A model generated the notes under the pieces. It did no database searches. It was not told where the DNA came from and saw only the letters and a list, made by a program, of their open reading frames with translations. A stretch of 64,000 nt of DNA, taken from the NCBI GenBank assembly GCA_013239625.1, contig MU054187.1:19522711-19586710 (forward strand), written 5' to 3'. Made by a program: the position numbers and the translations under genes. This document shows, piece after piece, positions 1 through 12,908 of this stretch; within the stretch, counting starts at the first letter, position 1; the number at the start of each line of letters is the position of its first letter. Source of the stretch: Lama guanicoe. Its lineage: Eukaryota.

Positions 1-68
<68 letters not shown>

Positions 69-165
69 AAAAGAAAAGAAAGGAAGGAAGGAAGGAAGGA
101 AGAAAGAAAAGGAAGGAAGGGAGGAAGAAAGAAAGAAACTAGAAAAAGAAAAAATAAAAAGGAAG
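1..165 (+). repeat. (GAAA)n/(GGAA)n purine microsatellite
   Basis: Directly visible compound tetranucleotide repeat running off the window start. Confidence 0.97.
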
Positions 166-1164
166 CCAGCTTATGTATATCAGAAGCACATCAGGAGCGC
201 AAATATTAACAAGGTCTGGAGCACCATCTTGGAAAACTGGTGGTTCTAGGCAGCTCCTGAGGCTTGGCAGCAGAAACCGTGATGCAGAAACCATCTGGTA
301 TTTGTGTTGCTGCTGGGATGACTCTGAAGACCAAAAAGATCTGCTACTTGCTCAGGATTTAAAGTCCCAGGGAGGAAGGCTGATGGGCTGAGTATTGGAT
401 TTACGCCTACTCCCTGACTATACTGAGGGGCCAGGAGGGCTCTGAGTCCCTTCAGTGCTGGGAGGAGACAGTCAGAGTTGGGGAATTTCCCAAAGGGGAT
501 TTCAGATTTGGGGACTTCCCCTAGTGAGATGTTAGGGTGTTGATTGGAGTGAGCTGTTGGATGCTGGGGAGCCAAAAAAAAAAAAAAAAGGCAAACATCT
601 TCTGTAATATTCATCCTCTTACTGGAGAAAATACCAGATAGATGAATCATATTAGCAGCTAGAATCACGGGTCAAGGTGAAAGGAAATCTGAGGGATGGT
701 TTAGGTAAGACACTAGGTTATAATTAACTAAACTCCATAGACAATCCAGGTTGAACCAACCCGGTGCTTCTGGGAGCCCTTGCCTCCCTCACGGATGTGT
801 GGAGCTAGGTGTGTTGCTTTGATCTGAGCCCACTACTGAGCTTTCGGTCTTAACTATTGAAACACAAAATAAGGCTGCCTGTTACTCATTTTAAAGATGT
901 AACAGGGTGGAAAATAAACAGAAAACCATGACAACACGAAAGCTAATGCATGCCTGGGAGAATATAAAGTAGCAATCAATAATGCAGCAGCAACTAAGCA
1001 GGCTGATGACGCTGCCAGTGTGGCAGCTGCAATTGTTTAGAAAAATAGGAGGAGATTTCAGGGCACGCGTTTGTTTGCTAGGGCTGGGGAGCCGTGATTC
1101 TTCAACGTCATTTTCAATGCGACCAATGGAATTTTAGTATCACCATGACAGATCATCGTGCGTA

Positions 1165-1622
1165 TGTATATGTTTCCTAAGGCTGCCATGACAACGCAGC
1201 AGGAACTAAGTGGTTTAAACAACAGAAATGTATCTTCTCACAGTTCTCCTGGAGGCTAGAAAGCCAAGATCAAGGTGTTGGCGGGGTTGGTTCCTTCTGA
1301 CCGCTCAGAGGGCAACTCTGTTACTTGCCACTTTCTGCCCCAGCTTCTGCGGGCTTACTGGCAATCTTTGGCACTCTTTGGCTTATAGATGCATCACCTG
1401 GAACTCTGCCTTCATGTTCACATGGCATTCTCTACATATGCTTGTCTCTTTATCCAGATTTCCTCTTTATAAGTACACAAGTTGTATTGGGTTAGAGCCC
1501 CTGATGACTTTATTTTAATCTACCTTTGTAAAGGTCCTATTTCCAAATGAGATCACATTCTGAGGTCCTCGGGGTTAGGGCTGAAACATATCTTTTAGGG
1601 GGACACAATTCAACCCATGATA
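1165..1622 (-). mobile_element. MaLR solo LTR (MLT1C-like)
   Basis: Diagnostic MLT1 segments: 'aaacaacagaaatgtatcttctcacagttct..ggaggctagaaagccaagatcaaggtgttggc' and 'gggggacacaattcaaccc'. Confidence 0.85.
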
Positions 1623-1824
1623 GGAAGGATGCTCATTATTAATCAAGAGGAATATTTTGTAGTTGGTAGTATCTTTTTCTGGAGACCAAAGAGCATGTTC
1701 AACACTGTTTTGTATATAGGTCAAAAATTTTATTAGACTCAAGATAATGCCAGGGAAGTAGATACTTTGATCTGAGGTCTGAACTTTATCAATACTGCTA
1801 AGTTCCTAGTTTCATGTTTACTAC

Positions 1825-2319
1825 TGTGAATATTGCAAGCCGTATCAGTAAAAAGGATGCTGTGGCCACCAAGTCATCAGATGCTATTGCCATACCGCTG
1901 ACAGTGAGCAAAGGAAACTCAGGGTGCCGACAAGCAGGCAACCCGCCTCTGTCACCTCCGACGGTGCCTCCTGAGGGAACTCGGATGTGAAAGAACAGGA
2001 CACTGGCCCTAGATAGCTCGGTGTTTATCAAAGGAATTATTTCAGTGAGCTCAGAACTTTGCACCTTCCCATAGAGAGAAAAGCGCTAAATTCCTTAACT
2101 TGAGAAATCTGGTTTTCCTTAATTAACAGTAATTCTTTGACATCCTGACTACCTGGTCTTTGTTGCAGAAACTCATATATCCTGGCCTCTATCTTGGCAC
2201 TTTGGAACAGTGTCTGGGAGTGATTTGAGAGACTGTGTTCTGGACTTGAGTCCTCAGGAAGTCTGCAGAATAAAACATAACTCTTAGCCTTTTGGTTGTG
2301 CATTTTGTTTCAGTCAACG
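1825..2319 (+). mobile_element. ERV1-class solo LTR, copy A (family name uncertain)
   Basis: TG start, tatat box, AATAAA near 2269 and end 'ttttgtttcagtcaac'. Clearly homologous to 3104-3528 and 5939-6445. Confidence 0.85.
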
Positions 2320-2529
2320 CCCCACAAAGTATAAAGTCCTTTCATAGGAAAGTGTTGGCTTGGTCATATGCCATTTAACACACTTCTTGCTTTTAGAGGT
2401 TTTCTTTTTTCCACTTCGATCTCAGTTTTCCAAAACTTGTTGAGGATTTTGCTATTGTTAACAATTTTGGGGCTTTAAATATGGTATCACTGGCAGAGAG
2501 GTGTCATGGTTTTGAAATTTAAGAATAAC

Positions 2530-2720
2530 AACCAACTTTTATTAAACAAGTATTATGTGCCAGGAACATAATGAGATCTTTGTGTAGATGATCCCATTTA
2601 ATTCTTGAATTATTCTCACTTTACACATGAGGAAGCTGAGGCTGTGGAAGTTTCCATGCAAGTTGAGCAATAGTGAAGGGAGAATTTGGACTCAGGCTGA
2701 TTCTAAAGTCCAGCTGTCTC
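2530..2720 (-). mobile_element. MIR SINE fragment
   Basis: MIR core-like 'ctcactttacacatgaggaagctgaggct'. Confidence 0.65.
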
Positions 2721-3103
2721 CAGTGCCTGACTAACTGGGTTCAGTAAACTAAGGTTACCCCCAAATTTGCCACTCAGCTCCTCGGCTTGCAAAACATTAT
2801 CTTTTTTATTTATAACTAGAAATTACCTGAAATGCTTGCTGGGTAGAAACAGCAACATGGCAGTCAGGAGTTCTGCACATCTTTTGGAGAAGCTGCTAGT
2901 GGGGGGAAAGGATAGAGAAGGAGGCAGAGGCAAGAAGGTGGGGCAGGAAGGGAGGAAGGGGTGCGTCACGGCACCTGGCACGCACAGCGCTGCTCGGCTG
3001 CTCTTCTTCCCGCCTCCTCCCAGAAACCCAGACGGGATGGAAGGATGCTTCCCCTTAGACAGGGATCCAGAGGGCCGGGCCCAGGGCCTGAAGCTGAGCA
3101 ACC

Positions 3104-3528
3104 TGTCGGCTGAAAAAAAACGCACGACCGAAAAGTTGAGAACTACGTTTTATTCAGCAGACTTTCTGAGGACGACATAAGCCCTGGAAGACAGCCTCTC
3201 AGATAGCTGCGAGGGACTCCAAAGGCATCAGGGCGCAGCCAGGATACACAGGATTTTTTGCAACAAAAACCAGGTAGTCAGACCATCAAACGATTAATGT
3301 TAATTAAAGAAAAAATAGACATCTCAAGTTTACAAATTTAGTGCTTTTCTCTGTATGGGAAGATGCAAAAGTCTGGGCTCACTGAAACCACCTCTTTGAT
3401 GTGCACCTTAACTCCCTAGGGCCAGTGTCCTGTTTTTCTCCATCCTGAATCCCCTCAGTCAGGGGGAGGCTGTAGTGGCTGCAACATCCTCTGTTTACTA
3501 ACATGGCAGGCAACATTCTTCATCTACA
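3104..3528 (-). mobile_element. ERV1-class solo LTR, copy B (inverted)
   Basis: Reverse complement of the same family: 'tgtcggctgaaaaaaaacgcac..gttttattc' through 'cattcttcatctaca'. Confidence 0.85.
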
Positions 3529-4161
3529 GTCAGACATTCAATAGGATTTGGGGTAGAGCTGAAATATTATGTTGGAGGGACATCCTTTAGATATAGTCAC
3601 TTTAGTATTTTTTAAAAAAGATTATTTTTTTCTTTGGACCCAGGTTAGCACTTCTCTGGGTTATTTCAGAAAGACACTCAGTGCTGACAGATGAATTTGT
3701 CTCTACCGTTTATCTGCACTGGAATTAGGCTTCTGTGGATTTAAAAAGGGGAAGACATAACTGCCCCAAATAAACCGTCCCAAATATTATCTTCTGTAAG
3801 GCTGGTAATGAATGGGGAAAAAAATCTGTGTTCTTTGCAAAGCCTGGAGAGAACGGGCAGCGGTAAGGCGGGGAACACTGACGTATCCTTTGGCAAGCTG
3901 CAGCTTGGGAGTTTGCCCCGGACTTTACCCAGGAAGTAGGCCACATCAGGAGTGCACAGGGGCACAAGAAGAAACCAATCCTGCCATCAGGAACACTCAG
4001 CACTTGGGAATCCTCTTTTTCAAAAAGCACCCGCTTCCAAGAGGTCCAGCTGCTGTCTTACCTTTGCACATCGCAAATGGTTCCCTCCTATTCTAAAGGG
4101 AAGGTGATTTTCTCTTTAATTCTCCTTCTTCCTGGCTGAGAGCAAGTACTATGGCTTTTAG

Positions 4162-4203
<42 letters not shown>

Positions 4204-5938
4204 CCTCTTTGGTCATTTGCACTTATTCTTCTCCTCCAGGAATGTGCTGAAGTGTCCCTGTGGCCTGCCACGTGAGAGAGTGAAAGTGGTGTGATGATGA
4301 CCCAATTGGATAGTGGATGGAGGATTCTCGACACCAGGTACTGGCCGGCCAGCAGGACAGGGGCTTGTCCCGTGGCAGCAGAAAGTTGCTCTGTCGGCCA
4401 ATAGCGGGGCTGGGAAGTGGCCTGATCCAAACAAGAGCCAGTGCTGACTGCACCCCAGCGCTGCCCGCCCAGCCAGGGCCCGAGCTGAGAACCCCGCCCT
4501 CTCTCCCTGCTGACTTTGCAGGGCTGCTCTGACAAAGGCTCCCTGTTGGCTCAGGGCATAGACCTCCCACAACTACAGAGATAAAACAGAGGGAGATTAA
4601 TAGGAATTAGATGCTAAGCAAATAACTTCGGGGATAATATTTTTAAATGCTTATGTATCTAGAACCTGACCTGCTTTTATTCAATTTCAAGGTATGCAAA
4701 TATGGAGGCACGAGATACTCTTCATCTTGTGTAACCTGTGCTAAAACAGGCCCTGCCTTCCTTAGGTGTTGGGGTCTAAACCTTACTTGGCTATCAGTTC
4801 AATTACAGGAGGTATCCCAAATAACGTGTATGTGGAGACAGACAGGGGAACCCCAAGGCTACACTGACTCGGGAGGGCAGTATGGCTTCACAGATGGAAT
4901 TCATGGTTTCTTCCTCTACTCCTGGCCCCCGTGGTAACCTTCCGCAAGTCTGAGGCAAGAAGTTTCTTCATAAGGAAGAAGAGATACAGTGGGGCCTAAC
5001 ATTGTTTTTTGTGAACTGTCATCTTTACACCTTTGGAAATGCCTCTGTAATCTGTTAGGCTAACAGAAACTTGCTGTGCCATTATGTTATGATAGATAAA
5101 AGCAAGCATTTTGGGCTCATTAGCTAGGAAATGCTCAACACCTGTAGACTATCGTTAATATTCAACATGTGCTGTTGAATTATGCAACTCATTATTTTAT
5201 TATCTTTACATTTTGACTTTATATTTATTCAAAAAAAAAAGAAAGAAAGAAAGAAAAAGAAAGAAAAGAAGAAAGGAAAAAACTCCAGTTACTATCATCT
5301 CTTATCTCTGAACTTGAACTACTGGAATGATTTCCTTTGCTATGTAAGCAAGGTTAACCCCCACCTACACGCATGTTCCCTTGGAGAATGGTATTTACAC
5401 TATCACGTGATAAGCAGCTAGTTCCAATCTGTTTTGGAAACCAGTTAAATAGAAATAATCTCAAAAAATCAATATTCAGAAAATGATCTTCCCTTTACTC
5501 TGGAGGAGTGGTTTGAGCAGCCAAGAGAGTAGCCCTTTTATCGCTCCTTGTCCCTCTGCACAAGTCTGTATTCACACTGGAGAACCACATTACTCCACAG
5601 ATGATGATACAGCAAATAGCATAAGGAAGTGCTGGGCCAGAGAAGCGCAGAGAGTGAGGTATGGATGGGAAACCGTTGGTCACCTGCTGCCGTCCCCTGC
5701 CCCGCCTCCTAGCCCTCGCCCAGTAATTCCCTGCTCACTGGTGGGAAAGCCCTCTCTCTGTCTCTGTATCCCTGTGTCCCTCTGTCCCTCTCTCAATGTT
5801 TTTTTTTTCCCCATTCTACCCCAAGAAAATGCTTCTCCCTTTACAGTTTACACATATCTCAGAAACAACCATTTCTACCTTCTGCGTATTCTGAAAGAGT
5901 AAGAATTCTGATTCCTTCCTTCTCTAATCAGAGGTTCC

Positions 5939-6445
5939 TGCGGATGAACAATGGTGCCTGCCACATCAGTAAACAAAGGATGTTGCAAACATCAGACCAT
6001 CAGCCACTGCAACCGTCCTGTCCCCAGTGGTGAGCCCTGAAGCAACTCAGGGTGGAGAAAAACAGGCTGCTTGCCACCCCAACAGTGCACCCTGAGGGGA
6101 TTCAGGATGAAGAGGAGAGGATGCTGGCCCTACACAGCTAAGGTGCATATCAAAGGAATGATTTCAATGAGCCCAGACTCTTGCATCTTCCTACTCATCG
6201 AAAAGCACTAAATTCATGAACTTTGAGAAGGCTGGTTTTCTTTAATTAACAATAACCTTTTGATGGTCTGACCACTCTGTTTTTGTTGCAAAACTCCTAT
6301 ATATCCTGGCTCTTCCCACACCTCTCCAGAGCAGTCCCTCAGAGCTATCTGAAAGTCTGTCTTCTGGGCTTATGTCCTCAGAAAGTATGCTGAATAAAAC
6401 ATCATTCTCAATTTTTCAATTGTGCTTTTTTTTTTTCAGTCGACA
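5939..6445 (+). mobile_element. ERV1-class solo LTR, copy C
   Basis: TG...CA termini (tgcggatgaac / ttcagtcgaca), TATA-like 'ctatatat', AATAAA, and a near-match 4-bp TSD ttcc/gtcc. Confidence 0.88.
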
Positions 6446-7279
6446 GTCCGAACAGTTTTAATAATTTCTAGACTTACTCCATGAGGGTGCTAAATACTGG
6501 AAAATCTCTTGCATAGTGTATATAAACCCTTACAGAGAAGTCTCATAATCACAGCTTTTGGTACACATTACTCAACACAGCTTGCCTTTGGCATGTCAGG
6601 GGCTGGGATGTTGATACCGCATTGGGAAATACCGCGTAGATGCAATAAGGACCAATGAGTTCCTCAAGGAGTCCCCTACTTGTAAACTAGAGATCATAAA
6701 TCAGTTCTAATTAAAAGGCTGAAAAGACACAAAGGAAATAATTTCAGAAATTATTCAGAGAATAATTCTTTAGAAACTCCTATGAGACTAGCTACTAAAT
6801 TCACGATGGTTTCGTTAAAAGATCTGATAGCTGGTGCTGTGTGTTTCAAAAATGCAGCCGCATTAGTAGAATCGGTAGGTTGGGCACTTGGCAGGTTTTT
6901 TTTTCTGTGTGCTGCCAACTATAATAGTTTGCCACTGTTAGTAATTATTAATCATAAAATGTCAGTAAAATGGGAGGAAACATGAAACAAGACCCATGAG
7001 CCAGTTTCTATGAAGTTGTCATAAGGGATTTCTTTTTTCTACTGAATAAACCAAGATTAATCTTCTCTGTGGTGGGGTATAGAAGTACACATGACTCAGA
7101 CAAGCAGCGAACCACAGTATTCAATCATGTGCAACCATGTGTAACTCAGCTGTAAGGTTTCACTTCTTTGAGGAGATAGTTTCTTGAAGGAAGTGTGGTC
7201 AGGTCAGATACATAAAGAGTAAGAAGAAAAGTCATGGCTGCGGGGGGGACTTTTTATACGCAAGGGAGCTGCTCCCATT

Positions 7280-7490
7280 ATTATTAAGCACCTACTATTT
7301 ATCAAGTACTATTCTTAGCACTTTGCATTTCTGATCTCACGTATTCTTTTCAGCAACTCGAGGAAGTAGGTATATTTATCTCCGTATTTCAGGTGATTAC
7401 CGTCAGGGAAGTTAGGTAAATTTTGCAAAGTCTCACGGACAGTAAGCGACTTCAGAGAGTCCCAGGGCATTGTGATTCCAGATCCAAAGC
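7280..7490 (-). mobile_element. MIR SINE
   Basis: Degenerate reverse MIR pattern 'aagcacctactatttatcaagtactattcttagcacttt..ggaagtaggta..atctccgtatttcaggtga'. Confidence 0.65.
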
Positions 7491-8065
7491 TCAGGCTTCT
7501 GTGGCTCCTCCTCTAGGTGAGCCCCAGGGCACTCAGTAAAGGAGAAGGGAAATCCCAGGGGGCTGCCTGGCAGATGTGTGAATGAATGAAGGGGAAATCT
7601 CACTGCTGGGCTACAGAAAGGAGCATATAAACTCTATGTTCCTATCTTTAAACCCACCGAATTCCCTGCAACCAACCCAAACCACAATGGGTATTAGCTC
7701 ATCCCTGCCCCAAGCCCTGGAATTCATGCAAACTCCAATTTCATCTTGTTTCTCAGATCTTGTTTAACATCTTATCTTGGCTCCCAGTCACTGCCTTTCG
7801 CCTCCTTAGATTCCTGGCTCCTTCGGTCCACACCTCCTCCATGTGCTCCCTGGGATGGGACTTTATGATTCTGATCTGTGTGTTTCAGCTTCTGCCTTTC
7901 ACTCATATGCATAAAACCTGTGGGCCAGGCCTCTTACCACACAGATCTCAGCCACAGGAAGGAGACTGCACTGTGTTCAGAAATGTATACTTAATCAGTA
8001 GTCAGTGTATTTAGATGTTTTTCAAAAAGTGGTTAAGCCATTGTTTTGCAAGCTGGTAAAATCAT

Positions 8066-8130
8066 TTTGTATTTTATTTTATTTTATTTTATTTTATTTT
8101 ATTTTATTTTATTTTATTTTATTTTATTTT
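8066..8130 (+). repeat. (TTTTA)n pentanucleotide microsatellite
   Basis: About 12 perfect units directly visible. Confidence 0.97.
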
Positions 8131-10814
8131 AAATCAATGACTTTGGTTCTTTGCCCTTTTAATCATTTGGTGACTTAATTCTTTCCTAATTTCCCACCTG
8201 GGAGATGGGGAATAAGGTTAAATAAGTCTCAGCCCAGTGGCTCCTTCCTGCAGTTGGGCTTCTGGAAGTAGACTTGGAATTCCTGCATCAGACCCTAGAG
8301 GCAAAGTGGCAGGGACATGGGACAAGAGAGGCATTCCTTCTGGGTGGCTGGGGTGGAGTGGCTGGAACCTCCTGCAGCCCAGGTGGGTCTGGCCAGCTCT
8401 GTTCTTTAAGCAGGCCCCCCCCCCATGCTCACCTGGAATGAGGCTGCAGCTCCTCCTTCTCCAAGTTGTTTAGAAGGAAGCAGAGTTTAGAAGCATTTTA
8501 AATTATTTATTTTTCTTCAGAGAATTTAGACTTTTCTTCCAGACCTTACAGAGGTCCTTGATGAATATGCTGAGAATTAATAGTTTTAAAAGAAATGGAT
8601 AAACAACTTTTAGAAAAGTGTCCAAATATACATATGATTAAATACATTTTTCTGAGCACAGTTAATATTTACCATTTCAAGGGGAAGATTTTCAATTTGT
8701 GTTGATTTTTGTTCCCAAATTCAAAACATCGTTTTCAGTTTGCTAACACTTTAACATCTAAATTGAATGATTTTTGGATTTCTAAGTATCTTTCTTACCT
8801 TTCCTTTACAATTCTACAATGATCATGACTAAATGTCAAATTATTTTTAGAAACAAATTAACCAATCCATTAAAGTGTTCCCTGCTATATCTCCTTACAT
8901 CCTTTCTGTTGATTTGAGTAGTTTTATATCATGAAGTTGAAATTTCCTGCGAACTGTTACTCATCTTCCATTTTTGAAATTCTTGTTAGAAACCATCAGC
9001 ATTTTATCTCTGATAGGACTCTTGGCTAATTCTGATTTATTACCGATGCTCATTAAATTTAATTTAATGAACATTCAATATAATTCTAATTGTAAGTGAC
9101 TTTTAATTAAAATTTAAAATTTCTGTGTTTTACAATGTATATTAAACTCAAAATCACTTGCTAGAAATGAATTAAGGCTGACATGCCATTTGGGGAATTA
9201 GTAAAATAATTCTAAATATGCTTAAATTTTGGAAATAGCCATTTCATTACAAAACATCTGAAAAAATTCAAAAGTCACATGCTGGATGCCAACATTCAGT
9301 GAAAAAGTGGTTTATATTGGCGTGTCCAGTGAGTGTATAACTGGCCACCATTTTAGCATTCTATTAGGATAATTTTATCAGGTAGCCAATCAAACTCAGC
9401 TTAGCCAATATGGAAAAGAATATATTTGATTGCAAGTAATAAAAAATATTTTTCTTAAACCTACAGTTTGTAAATTTTGGGGCATTCTGCAAATTTATTA
9501 TTCCAAGCAATGATTTTTAGTTAATTGGCCTATCTCTCTATCTAGGACTCTGTAGTTAAAAATACAAATAAGAGCATCAATCATACAACATTCATTGTAG
9601 ATAGATAGTGAGCCCATACTGGGCTAGATACTCTGCAGTAAATGTCTTCATTTAACGCAAACAACTATCAAATTAGGTATTATTATTATCATTTTACAGA
9701 GAAGAGACTTGGGGTTCAACGAAATTAAAAATTTAAGTTGCCCTAGGGAGGAAGAATCAAGACCTCTTCTCTCAGTGGCCAGGTTGCCTAATATAGTTCC
9801 CAAGCTGTGAAATGCAAGCTGGAAATGACCCAGCTCTGCCCTAGATCTGTACAGACTGAGATGAGGAAAGAGGTTGCTCCTACTTCACTGCCTAAACAGA
9901 AGGAGCTCAGCAATTGCACAGATTTTAGCATCTGGGGCAAAGAGCAGGTGGGCTGGGAAGGTGTCCAGCCAGTTCATTGCTCAGGGGGTGGGAGAGGCAG
10001 TAGAGGTGACACAGGTGATGGGTCAAGTTCCCATATCCGGTTTGCAGGGGTCAGAGATTGGCTGCAGCTCTGCGTTCAGCAGAGTCATCTGCCTGCTGGT
10101 CCCAGCTCCGTTCTTCCCCTGTAAGGCCATTAAGTCTATTAGACACAAAGACATGGGCTGTTGCTCCCAAGTGCAGCCTGGAACCGGCTGCTCCCGGGAA
10201 TAATGCCAGTCAGCCCCGCATGGCTGGGAGGAAAGTGAAGTCTCTTGTCTTCTAATCTCAAAGCAGAGACCTGAAGGGCATGGGATCAACTCTAGTTCAA
10301 GGGATCCATCTGCCAGGGTCAACGGAACAAGAGGGAAACACATGGGATGTTCTTAGCTGTCATCTCGCAAGCTTCTGTTTAGGTAGATTGGGGTGAGATG
10401 TTTCTGGGCTGACGTGCTGGATGAGTCTTAGCTCTTTATTAATACCAGCTACCAAACAGCCCCGTCTCCCCTCTTTCCTGTCACTTTCTGTAACTGTCAC
10501 TGGCCAGTCTGGAGTGATTATCTTGAATTTTTCTATTCCACTGACAGATCTGGCTGTAATTGGCAATGGTTAGGTGCTCTGTCACTCTTGCCTCAGCACT
10601 GCGTCCCCTTTCCCACGGCAGCTTCAGGGAGAAAGGGGCTTGAGGACAAAGGGAAAGGGACATGGGAGGATTTCCTTTTCCTTCTGCTTGGGTGACATGA
10701 TGTCATACTGATCAGATTATTTTTCTCTTCTAATCCCTCATCTCATACCCCTTTCTGATTGAATGTCTCTAGTCAGTGAGTTGGCAAGTTTTTATACGAC
10801 TTTTTAGCTTATTT

Positions 10815-11352
10815 TTTTTAAATTTACAATTCAGTGATTTTTGGTATCTTCACAAAGTTGTATAAGCATGACCACCATCTAATCACAGAACATTCTTGCA
10901 GCCCCTCAAAAATCCCCATTCCCATTGGCCCCCATCTCTTCCCTTTCCAAGTCCCTGGCAACAACTAATCTACTTTCTGTGTCTATAGTTTTGCCTTTTC
11001 TGAACATTTCATAAAAATAGAATCACAATCTATGACTTTTTTGTGCCTAGCTTCTTTCACTTAACACAAGGTTTCTCTGCTCATGTGTGTTATAGCCTGT
11101 ATCGGGACCTTATTCCTTTGTATGGCTGAATAATATTCCTGTATATGAATATACAACATTTGTTTATCCATTCGTCAGCTGATGGAAATTTCACTTGTTT
11201 CTACAGGTTTGTGTGGACGTGTATTTTCATTTCTCTTGGGTAATACCCTGGAGTCGAATTGTTGGGTCATATGGTGCTTTATCTTCAACTTCCTGAGAAA
11301 CTGCCTAATTGTTTGCCCCAGTGGCTGCCCCATTTTACTTTCCCACTAGCAA
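10815..11352 (-). mobile_element. Old L1 (L1MB-like) 3' fragment
   Basis: Typical L1M 3' UTR reverse text 'ccctggcaacaactaatctactttctgtgtctatagttttgccttttctgaacatttcat' and 'cattttactttcccactagcaa'. Confidence 0.85.
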
Positions 11353-12410
11353 CAGGACACAGTGAAGCAAAATAACAAATTAGTGCCAAGTAGGGCAAGT
11401 AAATTACTGAAACTAGAAACGGACAATGTCATTAGTGTTGAGAAAAAAGTGAAAAGAAATACTGTAGTTAGTGACTGCAAAGCAAGATGTGAGTTGGTGT
11501 TGCTTAAAAGGAGAAATTAAAAGAAAACATCTCGACTCGTTGATGTCAGTGAACGAAGTGGGATGTACACACGCAACAAGCGCTAAGCTAGGAAGCTGCC
11601 TTCCGCACCCAAGAACAAGAAACTAGGAGAGGAAAGGATATCCTGATATAGTCAAGGAAGCTTCCTTTTTCTGTCAACCTGAGAGATAAAAATAGGGGTC
11701 TCGAGGAAGAGCACCTTTAAGTGTTTATATAGACTGTTTTTGTTTTTGTCAAAATTCCTCAGGTGAACAGAGGAAATCAATATAAGATGGAGATCTCTGA
11801 TATATTTAGGAAATGACAAACAATGACAGCAGTAAGAGCTGGACAGATCCAAACTGACACAGAAGTGGTGGAAAATTCCATTACCTTCTGCATATTTACC
11901 CCTGAGACTACAGCAGAACTTCTACTGATAACATTCGGTCAGCGTGATGCTGAGTTAAAATGGTTTAATAAATAGAAACACGTTAGTCAAATTTTTAGCC
12001 CCGTCCTTTTCCAGAAGCAGACTATCACAGGTGTTGTATTCATAAACAGGATCAACTGGAAAAGAGAAATTTTTCTGAGCTAAGTGCGGGGAAGGCTTGA
12101 TTATAATTACTTACAGATATTTTCATAGTTCTGGGGCTTTAGTCTTAATTATTAGGATGTTTTGCATAAAGTACCCAGAAGTTGATAGGAATTAATATAT
12201 AAGTCAGATCTATGATCATCCAGAACAATATTATGTCCTCAATTAAGACCACAGGGATGGTTTTGCAGGATGACAACTGAGATCTGGCTTTCAGCCCTGC
12301 AAATAGGAACATATTAGAACTTTCCCATCACTGTCAGAGCCCATTTTTGGATCTGTCCTGCACAAAACCTTTTACAAAATTCTATTATATTTTGGCTTGC
12401 CGTCCAAATT

Positions 12411-12908
12411 TGTTAGAATTGGGTTCCACCATGTTACAGAGTCCTGGAATACCAATGGCTTAAACAAGGTAAAATTTTATTTCTTTCACATAAAGCCCAG
12501 AAGGGCACGATGTGCGGTTGATGTGGCGGCACTAATCCACGGTGATCCATCCTTTCCCAGCTCACCAGGCTCCCCGCCTTGTGTGTATCCATATCCTCAT
12601 GATACAGCCATCACAGCCATGTTCCAGGCAGTAGCAAGGAGGAGGAGACAAGGGGCAGCAGGTGTGCCTGAACTTGTTCACAGGGAGGAGTAGAGAAGCT
12701 GCCAGAGAAAACTTCCATTCACATCTCATCTCAGAACGTAGTCACATGACTGCACCAAACAGCAAGGAAGGCTTTGAAACCTAGTTTCAACTTCCAAAAC
12801 CATTTGCCCAGGGGAAAAAAAAAGATTTCCCTGTTGGTAATTTATTTCAATTACTATGAAATAGAGGGAGAGCAAACATAGGGGGACAGACTACAGTATT
12901 TTGCCACA
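12411..12908 (-). mobile_element. MaLR solo LTR (MLT1J/K-like)
   Basis: 'aatggcttaaacaagg..ttttatttctttcacataa', 'gttccaggcag', 'agtcacatgactgcacc' and terminal 'ttgccaca'. Confidence 0.75.

Noticed and set aside
4240..4285. Resemblance of GAATGTGCTGAAG..TGAGAGAG after an acceptor to an FABP exon 4 (possible FABP pseudogene)
   Set aside because: Similarity is limited to the first two codons, the frame does not give the R-x-Y motif, and I found no upstream FABP exons.
1825..6445. LTR copies A and C as the two ends of one provirus
   Set aside because: The copies differ substantially, no primer-binding site follows copy A, no gag/pol remnant is recognisable between them, and copy C has its own near-match TSD.
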